Shown piece after piece: positions 27,519-41,179 of a stretch of 64,000 nucleotides of DNA. The translations under genes and the position numbers were made by a program. Location: contig OZ176054.1 in NCBI GenBank assembly GCA_964247055.1, positions 9,920,001-9,984,000 on the forward strand, read 5' to 3'. Positions within the stretch are counted from its first letter, which is position 1, and the number at the start of each line of letters is the position of its first letter. Origin of the DNA: Paragordius varius (taxonomy: Eukaryota > Animalia > Nematomorpha). Below the pieces are notes generated by a model. It worked only from the letters and a program-made list of their open reading frames with translations. It was not told where the DNA came from and did not search any database.

Positions 27519-29904
27519 ATCACAAGGGTTTAAATAAGAAAAAAAGGGAAATTAAACCGCCAGGACCCGGTAATGTTTAATGTAATCATTGTTTAAATAT
27601 CATGTACAATAATTTGTTTCAAATATAGGTAGAAATAATGAGAGAAATAATAATGGAAGAGAAACAAGATTAGATGGCAGAAATTAAGGTAATTGCTAAT
27701 TGCCTATAAAAAATATGCATTATGGGACTACAAAAGTTTTTGGACACAAAAATTTTATACCAAAGACTATTAAACTAGAAATGCCTATAATTTTTAGGGG
27801 ATATCCCATTATACATACATATATATATATGCTTATATTAAGATTGAATTATTTAATTTAGTCCCTAAATCGCTTCCCAAAATTCCAACTGGTCTTTAAA
27901 GTTCTCTTTTAGGAGCCTTAAGTGGTAAATTAAATATTGATATTTCTCTCCGATTCAATTACCTAACATATGTTTATCGAATTTAGCAAAATTATGATTC
28001 GGTAAGTTATAATATATACATCTTTGTAATTATTAAATTTTTATAATCTATATTGATAATTTATATAGTTGCCAAAGGTAGTATGCATTTTTATAAAAAA
28101 ATGATTATTTTTATTAAAAAAACATGAATATGGGCGGACTATTGGCGGGAGGTTATTTTTTGTTCATTAAACTTTATTTTTAATGACTATACTCGGAGGT
28201 ATGTAAAATAGTATAATTTAAGGTTTAATCGGAGGCCTCTATGGATCGCAAGGATTATCTTTCAAATGAGCATATTTTGCTACGCTGTATATTACAAATT
28301 GAAAGATTTAATATACAGTGATAATAAGATTAATATGTTTTTAAAACCGCTTTACTTTTTCTAACTTACTCACTTGAATTATCATTTATTGTTTTATGTT
28401 AAAAAGTATGAATGTAAACACGATGGATAAATTATGTATTTATAATTAAAATTTATAATTAAGGTTAAAAAAGTGGTTTTCTTTAAAGAAAATATTTGTT
28501 TTTTCCTTTTGTCGGTGTAATTTAGATTTTTCTGTAAAAATAGAACAGTTTGAAAAACTTATTTATCATTTCTGATTCACCCTTACCCAATATCCTGATT
28601 ATCTGCCGTTATTAAATGGTGCTAATAAAGTTGATAGTAGAACAATTTTCTATATGTATGTCATTTATAAACCGCAATACGTCTTAGCTCTAGGTTGGCG
28701 ATGATCAAACTATTCCGTTTCTTTTATTTTTTTTAAAAAAATAGGGAGTTTTAGATATATCTATACAAATGCAATGAATTTCATCAATACCTTTGAGATT
28801 TTATAACTCAATTAATATTTTCATCCATGTAGATACCAACCTAGATGTATCTGTTTTAGACATACAAAGTATGTATTTATTTACCTTGACCAAATAAAGC
28901 GATAACCTCTATGCAGGACTAATTTTTTAATATACGTATATAGGGACCAATAATGGTAACATATGTGATAAAGTTTTTAGTAACTAGTTTTGTCAAGTTC
29001 CTGTAAATTCATCCTTTCAAGCAGGAAAAATTTATATGTAATATAATATGTTTTATAGGAACTATGCTTAAGCCGTATAACGGTAAATTATTACGTTTTA
29101 ATAAAAATAGATAATGAAACAAATATATATTTGTCTGATTCCAACGTAACATCCATTATCTCACAAACTGATGAATGCATATCGATAAAAAGGATGTACC
29201 TAGTACAGGTTATCCCTTTATTATTCATTATCAGAATTCTTATAAATTTATATATTCTTATTCATAATAGATTTTAAAAAAATCGCTGTTATGTTCTTAT
29301 GAATATTAATTAGCCAATAATATTACTCTTTACTGCATAAAACCAGCAATGTAATTTTACTCATACTTTACCTATACAATACACAGTGTTAAATTAAAGT
29401 AACTGCTTTGACCGAAAGTTATCACTTGATGGGATCCAGGGTTATGATATGTGGATTAAGGATGGGGAAAATGGGAAGGATTTCATATTGGAATATAAAT
29501 TATCACTAATATCAGATAGAAATGGCTGGGTTATTTCCAACATGTATGGAGAGAAACGAATTACAAAAGTGAATTCTCTGGTAAACATATTAGATAATCA
29601 CGTGTAAGCTAAATAAATAAAGCCTTATTAATAGGAAAATCTCCATATTTCTGCCAATCTAAAATTTTATCATTAATAAAATTATTACATCGACCCTTTT
29701 CAATTTTTTAAGGCCACTCTATTAATTCATATAATTTTTTGTTACCAATTCTTTATGCTGTAAAAACGCTTTTTAGTTATTAATAGAATGACAGTACAAG
29801 ATTTATAGTAAAGAATTTGGAACCAGGGAACTACTCTATAATGTTACAAACAACGTATTGCAGGGAAAGCGACATATCTTGCCAAATATTGACAACAATT
29901 TACT
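27519..29904 (+). pseudogene. Inverted pseudogene copy of the microexon/FN3-like gene block
   Basis: Exons 27519-27569, 27629-27688, 27862-27924, 27987-28001, 28069-28077, 28134-28151, ~28175-28198, 28223-~28267, 28833-28868, 28944-28955, 28998-29024, 29059-29082, 29147-29208, 29387-29580, 29787-29904 align in order with 59298-62196. Lesions: stops at 27685, 27897, within 27987-28001 and at 29395; broken splice sites at 28132-28133, 29025-29026 and 29145-29146; a frameshift in 29147-29208. Confidence 0.85.
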
Positions 29905-30613
29905 GTAATTGTATTTTAGTTATATAATTTACCATTAACCTATTGGTAATGAAATACGCGTTAGCTAATTATGAATATTCAAGTGTATAAAATATCCAGA
30001 TCCCATATATACAATCATAATATATTATTCATATAGTTAGAATTAAATTAAATTAAAATTAAAAATAATGAACAGTTAGCAGAATTACGCTTCTTAAACT
30101 GTTTTGTTGATATATTATTTACTAATTTTGAAGAATGTTTTCAAATTTAACTTTATTAGGACATATTCAATAGTATTTAGGGACTGAACGTCAAAGCAAA
30201 CAGGAAACCATTGAATAAAAATATCCCATCTTCGGACAATTATATGCGCTTATAAATTATTGTATGATAATTTAAAAAAATTTCCATGCCACTAAATGTG
30301 TACCATCTAGATTAAATTTTAGGATCGTAATTTAATTTTCCGTATTATTCAATTACCTTGCAAATAATGGAAAATGTACATACAAATTATCAAATCAAAA
30401 TTTTGAAATAATGTTTTTTAGCGACATTAAATAAAATTAGGAACGTGCTTTCAAGTTTTTTTGCTTAATATCAACTCATCAAATTGCTTAAACCTTAATT
30501 AAGCCCGTAAACAATTACATTCTGGCGCTAAGATTAGGTGCGTAAAAACTACCAATTATTATTTATGGCGCAACTTTTCTCGTTTGTAAAAAATTTTTTT
30601 TCAATTGGGGAAG

Positions 30614-30748
30614 CAGGGCTTCGATTGGGTTCAGTTTGCTGAATTTTCGAAACCGGATTAGGTTGATACAAACCCAATGGAACCGGTTTCTGCTAAATCA
30701 GAATCTGGGTTCCGGTTTTATGTGGTTCTATTTTGGTTCGAAGCCCGG
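30614..30748. mobile_element. Short MITE of the CAGGGCTTCGAA family
   Basis: CAGGGCTTCGA...TTCGAAGCCCGG inverted ends with GAACC/GGTTC repeats inside. Confidence 0.6.
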
Positions 30749-31048
30749 AAAATATCTTAAGGTGGGTTATTTATTAATAATTTTTTATTTTGGCATTATT
30801 TAGACGATGGCGAGTCCCTTATTGGTACTTTTTATGTTATATGAATAATATATATAATAATAAAATTAATTAGCAGAATAAACTAATTGCAAATCTTCTC
30901 ATAATAAATACTAACAACAAATATATTAAATAATCCATATAAAATTATAATGCGAACGGTTTAAATGATAATAAAATTGAAACATGCTGACTCCAGGTAC
31001 TTAAAATGGAAAGATATTCTTTAATTTGATTTCAATATTTATAATTTA

Positions 31049-32636
31049 CTAGCGTAAATCTCGTGCTGCTACGCAGCCCGAGGAAATCCTTCGGACTTAT
31101 GGAAGGGTTATTTGAATAAAGGGAAACATATTTTAATAGATATAATTTTATAGGAATTTTAAAACAGAGCATTCATACTAATATATTGTTTAATTGGGGG
31201 AAAAATAGATTTAAAAAATTATTTTTGTCGACTTTTTTTTAAAAATGGCATTTTACGGAGGGAGGTAAAAAGAGGGACTAAATCAAAAAAGCGAGACGAC
31301 TATGTTCGGCGCAATCAAGGTAAACAAAAATCATATTTGAAATTGAATGATCCAACACGTTCTCCAGAAAAATGTCTCAAAGAGACGATTTTTGTGGACT
31401 TCTAATCAAAAAAACCGTTTTCACACGGGGTGGGCCCGAACTGGGGTATTTCAAAAAAAGGGCGAAGCTATTGTCGGGGCATTCATTAATGATTATATTT
31501 TTTCGAAGTTTGGATTTGAATGGGTCTACCGGTTTTCCTGTACCAGATCACAAAGCCAGCATTTTCCATTTTCATAAATATATAGATTACCATAAATAAT
31601 GTTTTATTATCCATATATCTTTTAACATCCTATACATATGATAGATACTCCTTACTCAGCAGTTATCATCAAAGAAACGCTTGACTAAAATTTTTGCCTT
31701 TTAACAGGGAATACGAAAAATCCTTCTCGAATTTTTACAGTCTCAAACCTTGAGCAAAATACAATCAAAAAATTATTTTTGTGGACTTTGTTTTTTTTGA
31801 AAAAAATGGCATTTTACGGGGGTAGCGGGTAAAAAGAGGGCCTAAACCAAAAAAGTGAGTCAACTATGTTCAGCGCGATCAAAAATAAGTAAAATCATAT
31901 TTGAAATTGAATGGTACAACACGTTCTCCAAAAAATTGACTTAACCCATTTTTCACACGGGGTAGGCCCGAACTGGGGACCTAATTTGAAAAAAGGGCGA
32001 AGCTATAGTAGGGACATTTATTAATGATTATATTTTTTCGATATTTGGATTTCATTGGGTTCACCGGTTTTCCGGAAACAGATCACAAAGTTACATGAGG
32101 AATCAGTTTTTAGCGGGTAGCTCCCTACCCAGCAGCTATCATCAAAGAAACGCCTGACTAAAATTTTTGCCTTTTAACAGGGAATACGTGGAATCCATAT
32201 TTAATTTTTACGGTCTCATACCTAGGGCGAAAAATAGATTTAAAAAATAATTTTTGTGGACTTTGTTTTTTGAAAAAAATGGCATTTTACGGGGGTAGCG
32301 GAGAAAAAGAGGGCCTAAATCAAAAAAGCGAGACGGCTATGTTCGGCGCAATCGAAAATAAGTAAACAAAAATCATATTTAAAATTGAATGGACCAACAC
32401 GTTCGATAGAAAATTGTCTCAAAGACACGATTTTTGTGGACTTCTGTTTTCAAAAAAAACCCGTTTTTCACACGGGGTGGCCCCGAACTGGGGGCCTAAT
32501 TCAAAAAATGGGGGAAGCTATTGTCGGGGCATTCATTAATGATTATATTTTTTCGAAGTTTGGATTTGAATGGGTCTACCGGTTTTCCGGTACCAGATCA
32601 CAAAGCCAGAATTTTCCATTTTTATAAATATATAGA
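31049..32636 (-). mobile_element. Non-autonomous Helitron with tandem internal units
   Basis: Minus-strand 3' end: GC-rich hairpin (31060-31082), 7 nt, then CTAG|T at 31049. 5' ends A|TCTATATATTTAT at 32636 and again at 31586. Three ~500-bp related internal units. Confidence 0.75.
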
Positions 32637-34483
32637 TTATGTTCAAGTTTAACGTGACATAATACCACTGAATATTGGTTAATTTGATTCTCTATTGTTT
32701 TGAGTATAGTTAAAGATATATAAAATATAAAAATTGATTTGCCATTTAAAAAGATTTAGCTTAGCCCTTAAATATATATTTTGATAATATAGAAAACGAA
32801 AATATACTCAAAGACGATTATGGTTGTATCAACAATTATATATTGCAAATCTGTACAAAATTTTTGGAAATAAACCCAAGAAACATATATAACATATTTT
32901 TGGAGTCCAAAAGTAAAACTTTAATAGATACGGCTACTCAAATTGTCGTGTAAGTTTAATTATAATATATCGAATGTAGCGTTAATAATTTTGATCATAC
33001 GATTTGAAAGTTGATTAAAAAACAGTTATTACAACAGTAAATTAAGATTAACATTAAGAAATTAATGTAGAAGAAATTATATTTGTAATTCTATAAATTT
33101 TTTTAAATCAAAAATTTAATTAAAAACCAAAAAATATTAATTATGTTCCTTATTTTATAATTCTTTATCTGTGTAAAGGTAAATATATAGGAAGTATGCT
33201 GCTATATAGCCTTTGGATTAAATTTCGTGTTCGTTGTGATATAATTATTATTTTGGGCATCGATTTTTAGAATGAAAATCTAAAAATGATTCATTTTCTA
33301 TGGAAAATTAATTGTATTTATAATATAATGTAGAGACGCCTTCATGTTTAATTATTAAATTATGATAAGTGGTTAAGAAATACTATAATATGGATAAAAT
33401 ATACAAGTAAAAAGCAACCATATATCATTTGTAATAAAAAAAATATTATCGTTATAAATTGTTAAAAATAAAGTGTCGGTGTATGACAGAATCTTGCAGA
33501 AATATATATTTTGTGTGCCTTCAAATTTAGATAAAATTTAGCTTTCCCTAAAAAATATTTTTGGCGTCGATGAACATAAATATAAGCCAATCATGAGTGT
33601 CAATATAAGTTTTCCCATCCAAGAATTCTTAATCCTCTAAAATATTATGATTATATTGTTTGGGTATATACGATTTCGCGCACATAATAAAATATTTTTT
33701 ATGCCCTGCTCGTGTTAATGTATTTTAAATTGCGGCTTGGTGGTTTTGAGTTAAGAATGCGGCCCTTGTCCTAAGCCTGTAAAACATAAAGTAGGGATAA
33801 AATTCAAAATTCATTCATAAGCATCGCTTATAATCTTTTAACAATATTAATTATTTTTTATTGCTCCACTCAATTTTTATTTGATATATATTTACTATTT
33901 ATCTTTTGTTTTTTAGGGTCAAAACTGTTTCACTCATGATTTGACTGTAACTACGTTTGATGACGATGAATATTTTTTGGTTTATAAACAAAAACCGAAC
34001 TCTGAGAAGTTATATGGAAAATTAGCTTTTTCATTTGTTCGTTTCAATACATCACATATTTGAATGCCATGTTTCACTAATTCGTTTTGAAAATAAATAA
34101 TAATTGCATATTTTCAAAAATTTTAAAATTACTAATATACTATGTGTATATGCTCAGGGCTTGCAAAATCGAGAGGTAGGATGATATCGAAAATGATTTA
34201 AGAAAGTTATTACTATTGCTGTACAACGCCCTGTATCCAAAAATAAATATTTTTGGTGAAAGATAAGCTTTTTCAAAAAAATAGCTGAAAAGATTTTGCG
34301 ATAAAATTACTATTAAATCGCTAAAAAATATTTTTGACAAAATCTATTCGTTTGCAATTCTTAAAGCGTGTTTTATTGTAAAATTATTGACCATGTGTAA
34401 CGGTATAACCCTTTTTCTATATTTTTCGATGTCTATATCTATCGGCCCAAATTTTGATCAAATAATTTATTCCTCAATTTTAA

Positions 34484-35036
34484 CACTTGGATACAACACT
34501 TTTAGTCCCTCGATTCAAATCGGGGTAGTTGGATACCCCAGGCCTGTTAAAATTAAATAATTCAAAAAATATGGAATGAATTGAAATGTCAAAGATTTCC
34601 ACATTTAAAACATTAATGCGAAATATATAAAAAATTTCATTTAAAAATACTCACTATTACTTATTTTCCTCAAGGTAATTTGGTTAACATGATATGTGTG
34701 CATTGGCTAAATTTCAGAACTAATACAAAATAAACATTTTTTTCTTTTCTTTCAATGTTAGATGTGATTTAAAGTAAAAATTAGCTTTCAATTTAGCTTT
34801 GAAATCAAATAAACACGATATTTTGCAAAAATGTTGTAAAATATGGCGTCGAACTAGTTTGATATGGAATTTCTTTTCAAAACATAAATTTATTTAGATA
34901 TTTCGGCTTATTTATATAATTTTGATTAAGATCGAAGCAAAAATTTAAATTGAAAAAATTTCTTTCAGTATTTTTTTAAATATACAATCTTAAATATAGT
35001 CTGGGGTATTTAAATACCCCATTTTTAATCAAAGTG
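34484..35036 (+). mobile_element. TTAA-flanked MITE (piggyBac-like), CAC...GTG ends
   Basis: TTAA|CACTT...AAAGTG|TTAA with subterminal GGGGTA...TACCCCAG palindromes at both ends. Second copy at 57247-57823, inverted. Confidence 0.7.
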
Positions 35037-37218
35037 TTAAGTAAATATTTTGAAATTCATTTTATATTTTAAGTTAAACTTGGAATAAACCTATATCTTC
35101 ATTTGAAATTCTGAGGTGATTCATCATCAACGAATTTTATAAAAGACTTAATAATGAAATAATATATTAAAAATTCTTCTATCGCAACGAATTTTTGCTA
35201 TAATTTTAAATCTAATCATTTTAGAGAGAGCCAAAAACCACCTTTACAACTTTCCATATGGGAAATTTCCAAAACACAATGTATGATAGATAATACATGC
35301 TAAGCTCGCATCATAAGTATTAAGATTAAAATATTAATCCAAAAAATGACATATCATTGGCTAAAAATATATGTTCGACATCCTATCGTCCCCGATAACT
35401 CGCTAACGTTTTAATAAATCCTCATTAATCATGTAGCATTACTTATTTGGAATTCAAATCCATAGGATACGGTATTCTTGCTAATTATTTTTAATTGGTA
35501 TTCGAGTGTACAATGGGTAAAGCTCATGGCAAAAATATAGATCTTAGAAAAAATAATTAACTTTTCTCTGATTAAAGCCGCATCTAAGTAAAGTATGCGG
35601 CTATAGTGCATACAAATTGTTTATTGAATGTCTTAATTACATGGAGTGCGTGGGAGAAATTACATTCATTTGTGTGGATAGTTGATGGCTTCATGAAGCT
35701 CGGAGATAGAGGGTGATAATTAAATTAAGGGATGTGTTCTTGGTGATGGCAAATATGGGCAGGTGTTTTACTTAAAAAGACTGGCGAACGGGGAGAGGTT
35801 TGTATCATCTTATTGTCTTATCCTTTATGCATCTCTTCTAAGTGATTCCTTAATCGACATTTTTTTATTATATTCATTGAGATTTCTATATGATAATTAG
35901 CCAGTATTGTCGGCAATCTATTTATTGTAACCTGTGCATGATTCGTATATCATAAATACTTTTCAATACAATTCAAAAAAAGCTTTTATAAATGAGCTTT
36001 TAGTTCAAAGAATTTGAAACAAAATGGACCAAAATATTCAATCACAAAGTGCTGTACAAAAATTCCTAATTACAAAATTGTTATATTTTTATATTATTTA
36101 TTTAATTGACAATGTTTTGCTATTTGCAGTATATTATTTTAAAAAAATACTCAAATTATTTTATTACCACCTATATTTGGCAAATTATTCAATATATGGT
36201 AATTAATAAATTAATGCCGCATAATTGCAATTTTGTTTAATTGACCCCGAAATGCGTTTTTGGGTTTAATATCGGTAAGTCCTCAGGGACATTATTAACA
36301 ATAAATCTTTAATAATATTGCTTTTATATCCTTGTAATAAATATTACTAAATAACATATATATGACTCGTTTTCTTCAGTTGTAATAAATTTACCCTAAT
36401 TTTGACTGATAGCAAAAAAATAATACCACTTTTTAAATGTTATCGTATTCATCATTTGGACATTCATTATCAAGCTTATACCTATCTATATATGATTATA
36501 AAAATTTATTTAATCTCCATATTGAAGTAGAAAACAAGAGTTTCTATAAATAGTGTTACTCTTGAAAATTGGAATATACTTGTACAAATTTACTTTGCTT
36601 CAGGTAAAGTTTTTAAGACGTTAAATGCATTGTGAGTATCAATATTCTAAACTTCAATTCAATTAAAACGATACTGAATGCGCAAATTTGATACACTATG
36701 TTTATATAATCAGGATATTTTAGTATACCCTTTTTTGTGCTCTGTATAAGCGGCTAAAAGATATTTAACTGATAATGATTCTTGGCTTTAAATAAAAATG
36801 CCTATAATCCTATGCTGATACAATGCAGCTATAACCGATTAAATTGATCGAAATCTTTTTATCTTTGACACGACATGACATGGGAACTTTAACTTAGTTT
36901 TTGATTGTACACAACTATACTAAGAAATTCGCTTCCTAGGATTATTTAATTAGCTGACTTTTTATTTAAAACTTGAGTAAACAGTGACAAAGTATCGGTG
37001 CGACTTATTATCTCAATTCATTTGGAAATATGGCAAGATCGCCTCCAAACAAAAATATATTTTTAGCGAAATCTCTTGCTATTTATAATAATAATTACAA
37101 TTAAGTTATAATCTCAATTTAAAGGCAAATGTTATTTATTTAAGTATTTTAAAACAAAAATAATAAAATAATATCAGTTAGAAATTGAAATACAAAAATT
37201 GAAAAATAATATTAAGAA

Positions 37219-37406
37219 TTATTCATCCTCTTGTCTACGGGGTTCATTGGTAATCGGTGCATCCCCTACAGAGGATGGTGAGACAAAAGATCCGGATGGA
37301 TGGTGTCCTGCCTGGGCAGCCAGCAAATTTTGACTGCCTCCTAAAAATGAGCCTTGCGGTGAATTGTCAGAACTTCCTTGGCTTAATGATGGCGAAAGTG
37401 GTAGAT
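37219..37406 (-). CDS. Terminal coding exon, copy P2 (DLPLSPSLSQGSSDNSPQG...NEPRRQEDE*)
   Basis: ttag|AT phase-1 acceptor, TAA at 37219-37221. Paralog of 13553-13737. Confidence 0.8.
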
Positions 37407-37499
37407 CTAATAAAAAAAATTATTAATATGTTTAAAAATTGATTATTTTTTTATTATTGTTTAGCCGAAACCACTAACAACGCATATTTTTGCTTATTA

Positions 37500-38250
37500 A
37501 TCAAACCTTAAATAGACGTATTTTAAAATAGGTAGGTGATTTACTTGACCAACCGGAATGAAAATTTTCGACAGGCAAGTAAATGGTGTCAAATCTCCTT
37601 GCCTTTGCAAAAAAGAAAATGCCATATGAAATCAATAAACAATGTTGTGAAAAGACGTCATTATTATGGTAGCGATATCGGGAAAATGATCCGAAACGCT
37701 TAAATTAATAGTTCGAACGGTAAATGCGGCGTAATTTTCAGACACAAATAAAGATTAGAAGATAAGAACATACCACATTGTATGATGAGCGCTATGAAAA
37801 AGACGTTAATTAAAATTTGATAGAATAACATCGAAGCCATGGACGAGCTCATAGATAGTGTACCATTATAAGTTACTCATTAAACGATGTTTGGAATCGG
37901 GAAAGATAGCTTTGTGGGACCTAGAGTCATTTCAAAAAAATAATTTAAAACAACTCTTAAAAATAATTTTCCAAAAGGCGCAGTGGCAGCGTAAAACGCA
38001 GATGTGCGGATGATTCATAAATTACTATCTATTCCCTTATTAAATACATAAAAACGTATGGGTTTTTGAAGCAATCCATATTTTTGTAATGGTGGAAGGT
38101 CAAGATGAAAAACAATGGTAATGATTGAAATATTGGTCGTTGTGGGGAAGGGAAAGTATTGGACTGTGTTATGTGTTAGGAAAGGAACAAATCTTTTGAT
38201 AACACTGGATAAATATTTATAACATATACATGTATGCCAAATTTTTAATT
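37500..38250 (+). pseudogene. Possible highly degenerate mariner relic
   Basis: Fragments resembling the RTV...KDLED and MDEL...KR.L..GK N-terminal motifs. Mostly eroded. Confidence 0.4.
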
Positions 38251-40109
38251 TTTAAATATTACTGATAATGATTAAATGAGGTACTTAAAATGGTCGAAAA
38301 ATTTAAAAACAAGTTTCAGTAAAAAAATATGTATATAAAAATAATGATGTGCCGCTACAGATTTGAAAGACAATATTATCGTAAAATTAGGCATTTTAAA
38401 ACATAGTCTGACTGAAAAAAAGCAGACGGGTCACACCCAAAGACCTCAGAGTTAGTACTATTCAACTCTCGCTTATCTGATGATAGTGATAAATACATTA
38501 TGCAAATCCTAAAATTGAGTAATAGATAGCGATTTTAAAAAAACGTGCAAATCGTAATGCACAAGTGGGGCCAACATTTACTTTGATACCGTATAATTAC
38601 TTAACTTCCATTCAAGCTATCATGCTCACCTATATTTTTAGAGAATTACAGACATAATTGGTAAGCGATGGTAATAAATCTACATTTGGATATGTGCTAG
38701 TAATGAGAAGAACAAGTCAAAGCATACACGGTTTACGACTAGATTTATACTAATCGGAAATGCAAATTAAACCGCAAAAACTGAAATTACGCATGTCAGT
38801 ATATATCTGTGCCCAAATAAAGAAACCCAAGTGGCGGATACCGGTAGGTAGCCTTAGTATATTTCTTCAGGTAAATAAATTTGTATTTTCAACTTATACA
38901 AACTCATCTTTATAAAACGAAACCCTAGATACTTATTAATGATGGATTTCAACACACGAACGTTTTGATTAGATAATATCTGATCGCCATTACAAATATA
39001 TACTAACTGGGGGGCCATAACCCAAATATTCCGCAAAAAAATACAGTAATCAATATAGGGGTTCGATGCCTAATCAATTCATTTGGATATTATTCAATAT
39101 AAATTTTAGCATTAAACTGAGGGATTTTGGATTGTACATGTCGTGTGTTAAATTATTCAGCGATAATAAAGTTTTTTCTAATATTAAAATCCAAATTAAT
39201 AATCTTTTTGGATCGAGCTTTGAGATGCTGTCTGGATATCATTAATTAATTATCGAGCAGAAACCTGATGCACAAATAATGTTACTAACAAAATTCTTAA
39301 AGTTTGCACCTAAATTCGGCATTTACGATATTTATGACAACACGGGTTAAGCGGGAATCACACCTTATAAAGATTGACAGAATAGATGATATTTTTACAA
39401 AGGGAAAATCAGAATCATCACAGTGAATTCAGGATCATTAATTTGGCAGCGCTACTCCACAAAACGGTCAATAAAACCAATCAGGTTTGACAATTACAAA
39501 TAATATGTATATGTACCAGGTGTAATCATGATTAGCTGTTTAACTAAAAGAAGATGTGAGCGAAAGGTACGGTGATGATTAATTAGATATAGTCCCCATT
39601 TCGTTCATTATATTAACTACAAACACACATTAGAAGATACAGCCAAAGAGTAGCGTCTTACCTTTATCATTCAGTATTCATGTCCTTTTCTTATTTTATC
39701 AGAAAGGGCTATTGAAAGTCAACGTTTACTCGTGTGTAATATGGTGTGCATTTTTAAGCGATATAGAGTGAATGTTTCCAAAAATTAAAAAATTGTGATG
39801 TTTTGTGAGAGACAGTAGGCGCTCTGAACCCCAAAGCTTTGACAATATTTTGCAAGAACTATTGATAAATACCCAGCTAGAACTCAACGGAGATTGACAG
39901 AATACTACAACTACTATAAAAACAATCATTAGACGTCTACGCAATGATATAGATCAATAAATTCGTTTAATGGGTCCCACAACTCGCAACGTATCTAAAA
40001 TCGGGCTTGTGAAATTCTCCATCACGGTTACGAAAACAATTCTCAGTGAAATGTTGATGATGAGAAGTGGTTTTATTTTGCAAGAAAGTCGAAAAAATCG
40101 TGTTGTTCT

Positions 40110-40441
40110 TGTTAATTGGTTATAACCTTAAGTTATATTATTATTATTTATTATATAATTTATATGACATTGTATGTACAAGTATTCTAATTATAGTTGC
40201 CAACTTTATAACCTTAAGTTAAATTATACGACATTGTATTTAATAAGTAATCTAATGACTATTATATATATGGATATTTTATATGACATTGTATTTGATA
40301 CAAATAGTATTCTAATTTATTATTGTAATTTATCCTTGCTAAAATATATAAATACACCTATACCAACACTGAGCAATCAGTTAATAAATGTACTTAATTT
40401 GAGTTATTAATTCATATGTCATCTCTATTCTAAACGCATTA
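40110..40441 (+). repeat. 5' LTR
   Basis: Matches 43433-43764 except for two substitutions that I could see. Starts TGTTAATT, ends GCATTA. Confidence 0.97.
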
Positions 40442-40452
40442 TTGGTGCCATT
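40442..40452 (+). promoter_or_regulatory. Candidate primer-binding site (TTGGTGCC...)
   Basis: TGG 1 nt after the 5' LTR. Cognate tRNA not assignable by eye. Confidence 0.5.
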
Positions 40453-40453
40453 A

Positions 40454-41110
40454 ATGGACGAAATTTCCAAAATCAGTATTAACGAATACGATCCAAACAC
40501 TAATTTTAAACAATACTTAAAGCACGTGAATCGTATCTTAATCGCTAAAAACATTAATCCAAATGATGAAATTTTAAAAAACTTATTCCTGGCCTATGCA
40601 GGACTACGCACAATCTCTAAACTGGAAAACCAAGCGTTTCCTACGAAAATAGAGGAGATGACATGGGCTCAAATTCAAAAATTGGCAATGCAAATCTTTG
40701 CCCCGGACAAAAGCATATGGCTGAGTCGTAAAGAATTCTTTAAAACAACCAGACAAGAAGGCGAACCAATCATGAGTTATATGGAAAGATTAAAAGTACT
40801 AGCTGACGATTGTGATTTTGAAGGCAATATCTCATACTTATTAAGAGATGTTTTCTTGATAGGACTAAATATGCCAATCCTAGAACGGGAATTACATATA
40901 AGACCCCACGGGTCAAAATGAAGGCGAACCAGTGTCACTACAAATGGTAATTGATATGGCGCATTCCCTCGAAGTGATTGAACCGAAGGTGCTGAAAATC
41001 CGCCAAGAAAGAACCATACACCAAAGAGACTGCCAAAGATGTGGGAAATGTCATGCAATCGATAAATGCAGTGCAAAGGGTCAACGATGCTATAAGTGCG
41101 GAAGATACAA
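40454..41110 (+). pseudogene. gag: Gag with two zinc knuckles, one frameshift near 40905-40920
   Basis: Retrotransposon gag motif (YMERLKVLADDCDF...LRDVFLIGL). Knuckles CQRCGKCHAIDKC and CYKCGRYNHFAKYC lie in the next frame. Confidence 0.9.
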
Positions 41111-41179
41111 CCATTTTGCAAAGTATTGCCGAACCAAATATCCCACCAAACCAGGTATTCGGGCAGTGACAAATTCAAC

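Noticed and set aside
27685-29397. Alternative genetic code (TAA = Gln), since TAA aligns to CAA twice in the paralog
   Set aside because: The same copy has a TGA, broken splice sites and a frameshift, and TAA is the conserved stop of both terminal exons. C>T decay in a pseudogene is simpler.
31347-32627. ORFs repeated at 31347-31599 and 32385-32627
   Set aside because: They are translations of repeated Helitron interior units; frames are not preserved between units and there are no Rep/helicase motifs.
35630-35850. GC-richer stretch suggestive of a non-LTR retroelement remnant
   Set aside because: No recognisable RT or endonuclease motif in any frame I could read.
40174-40410. 78-aa ORF duplicated at 43497-43733
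   Set aside because: It lies wholly in the AT-rich LTRs; the duplication simply reflects LTR identity.
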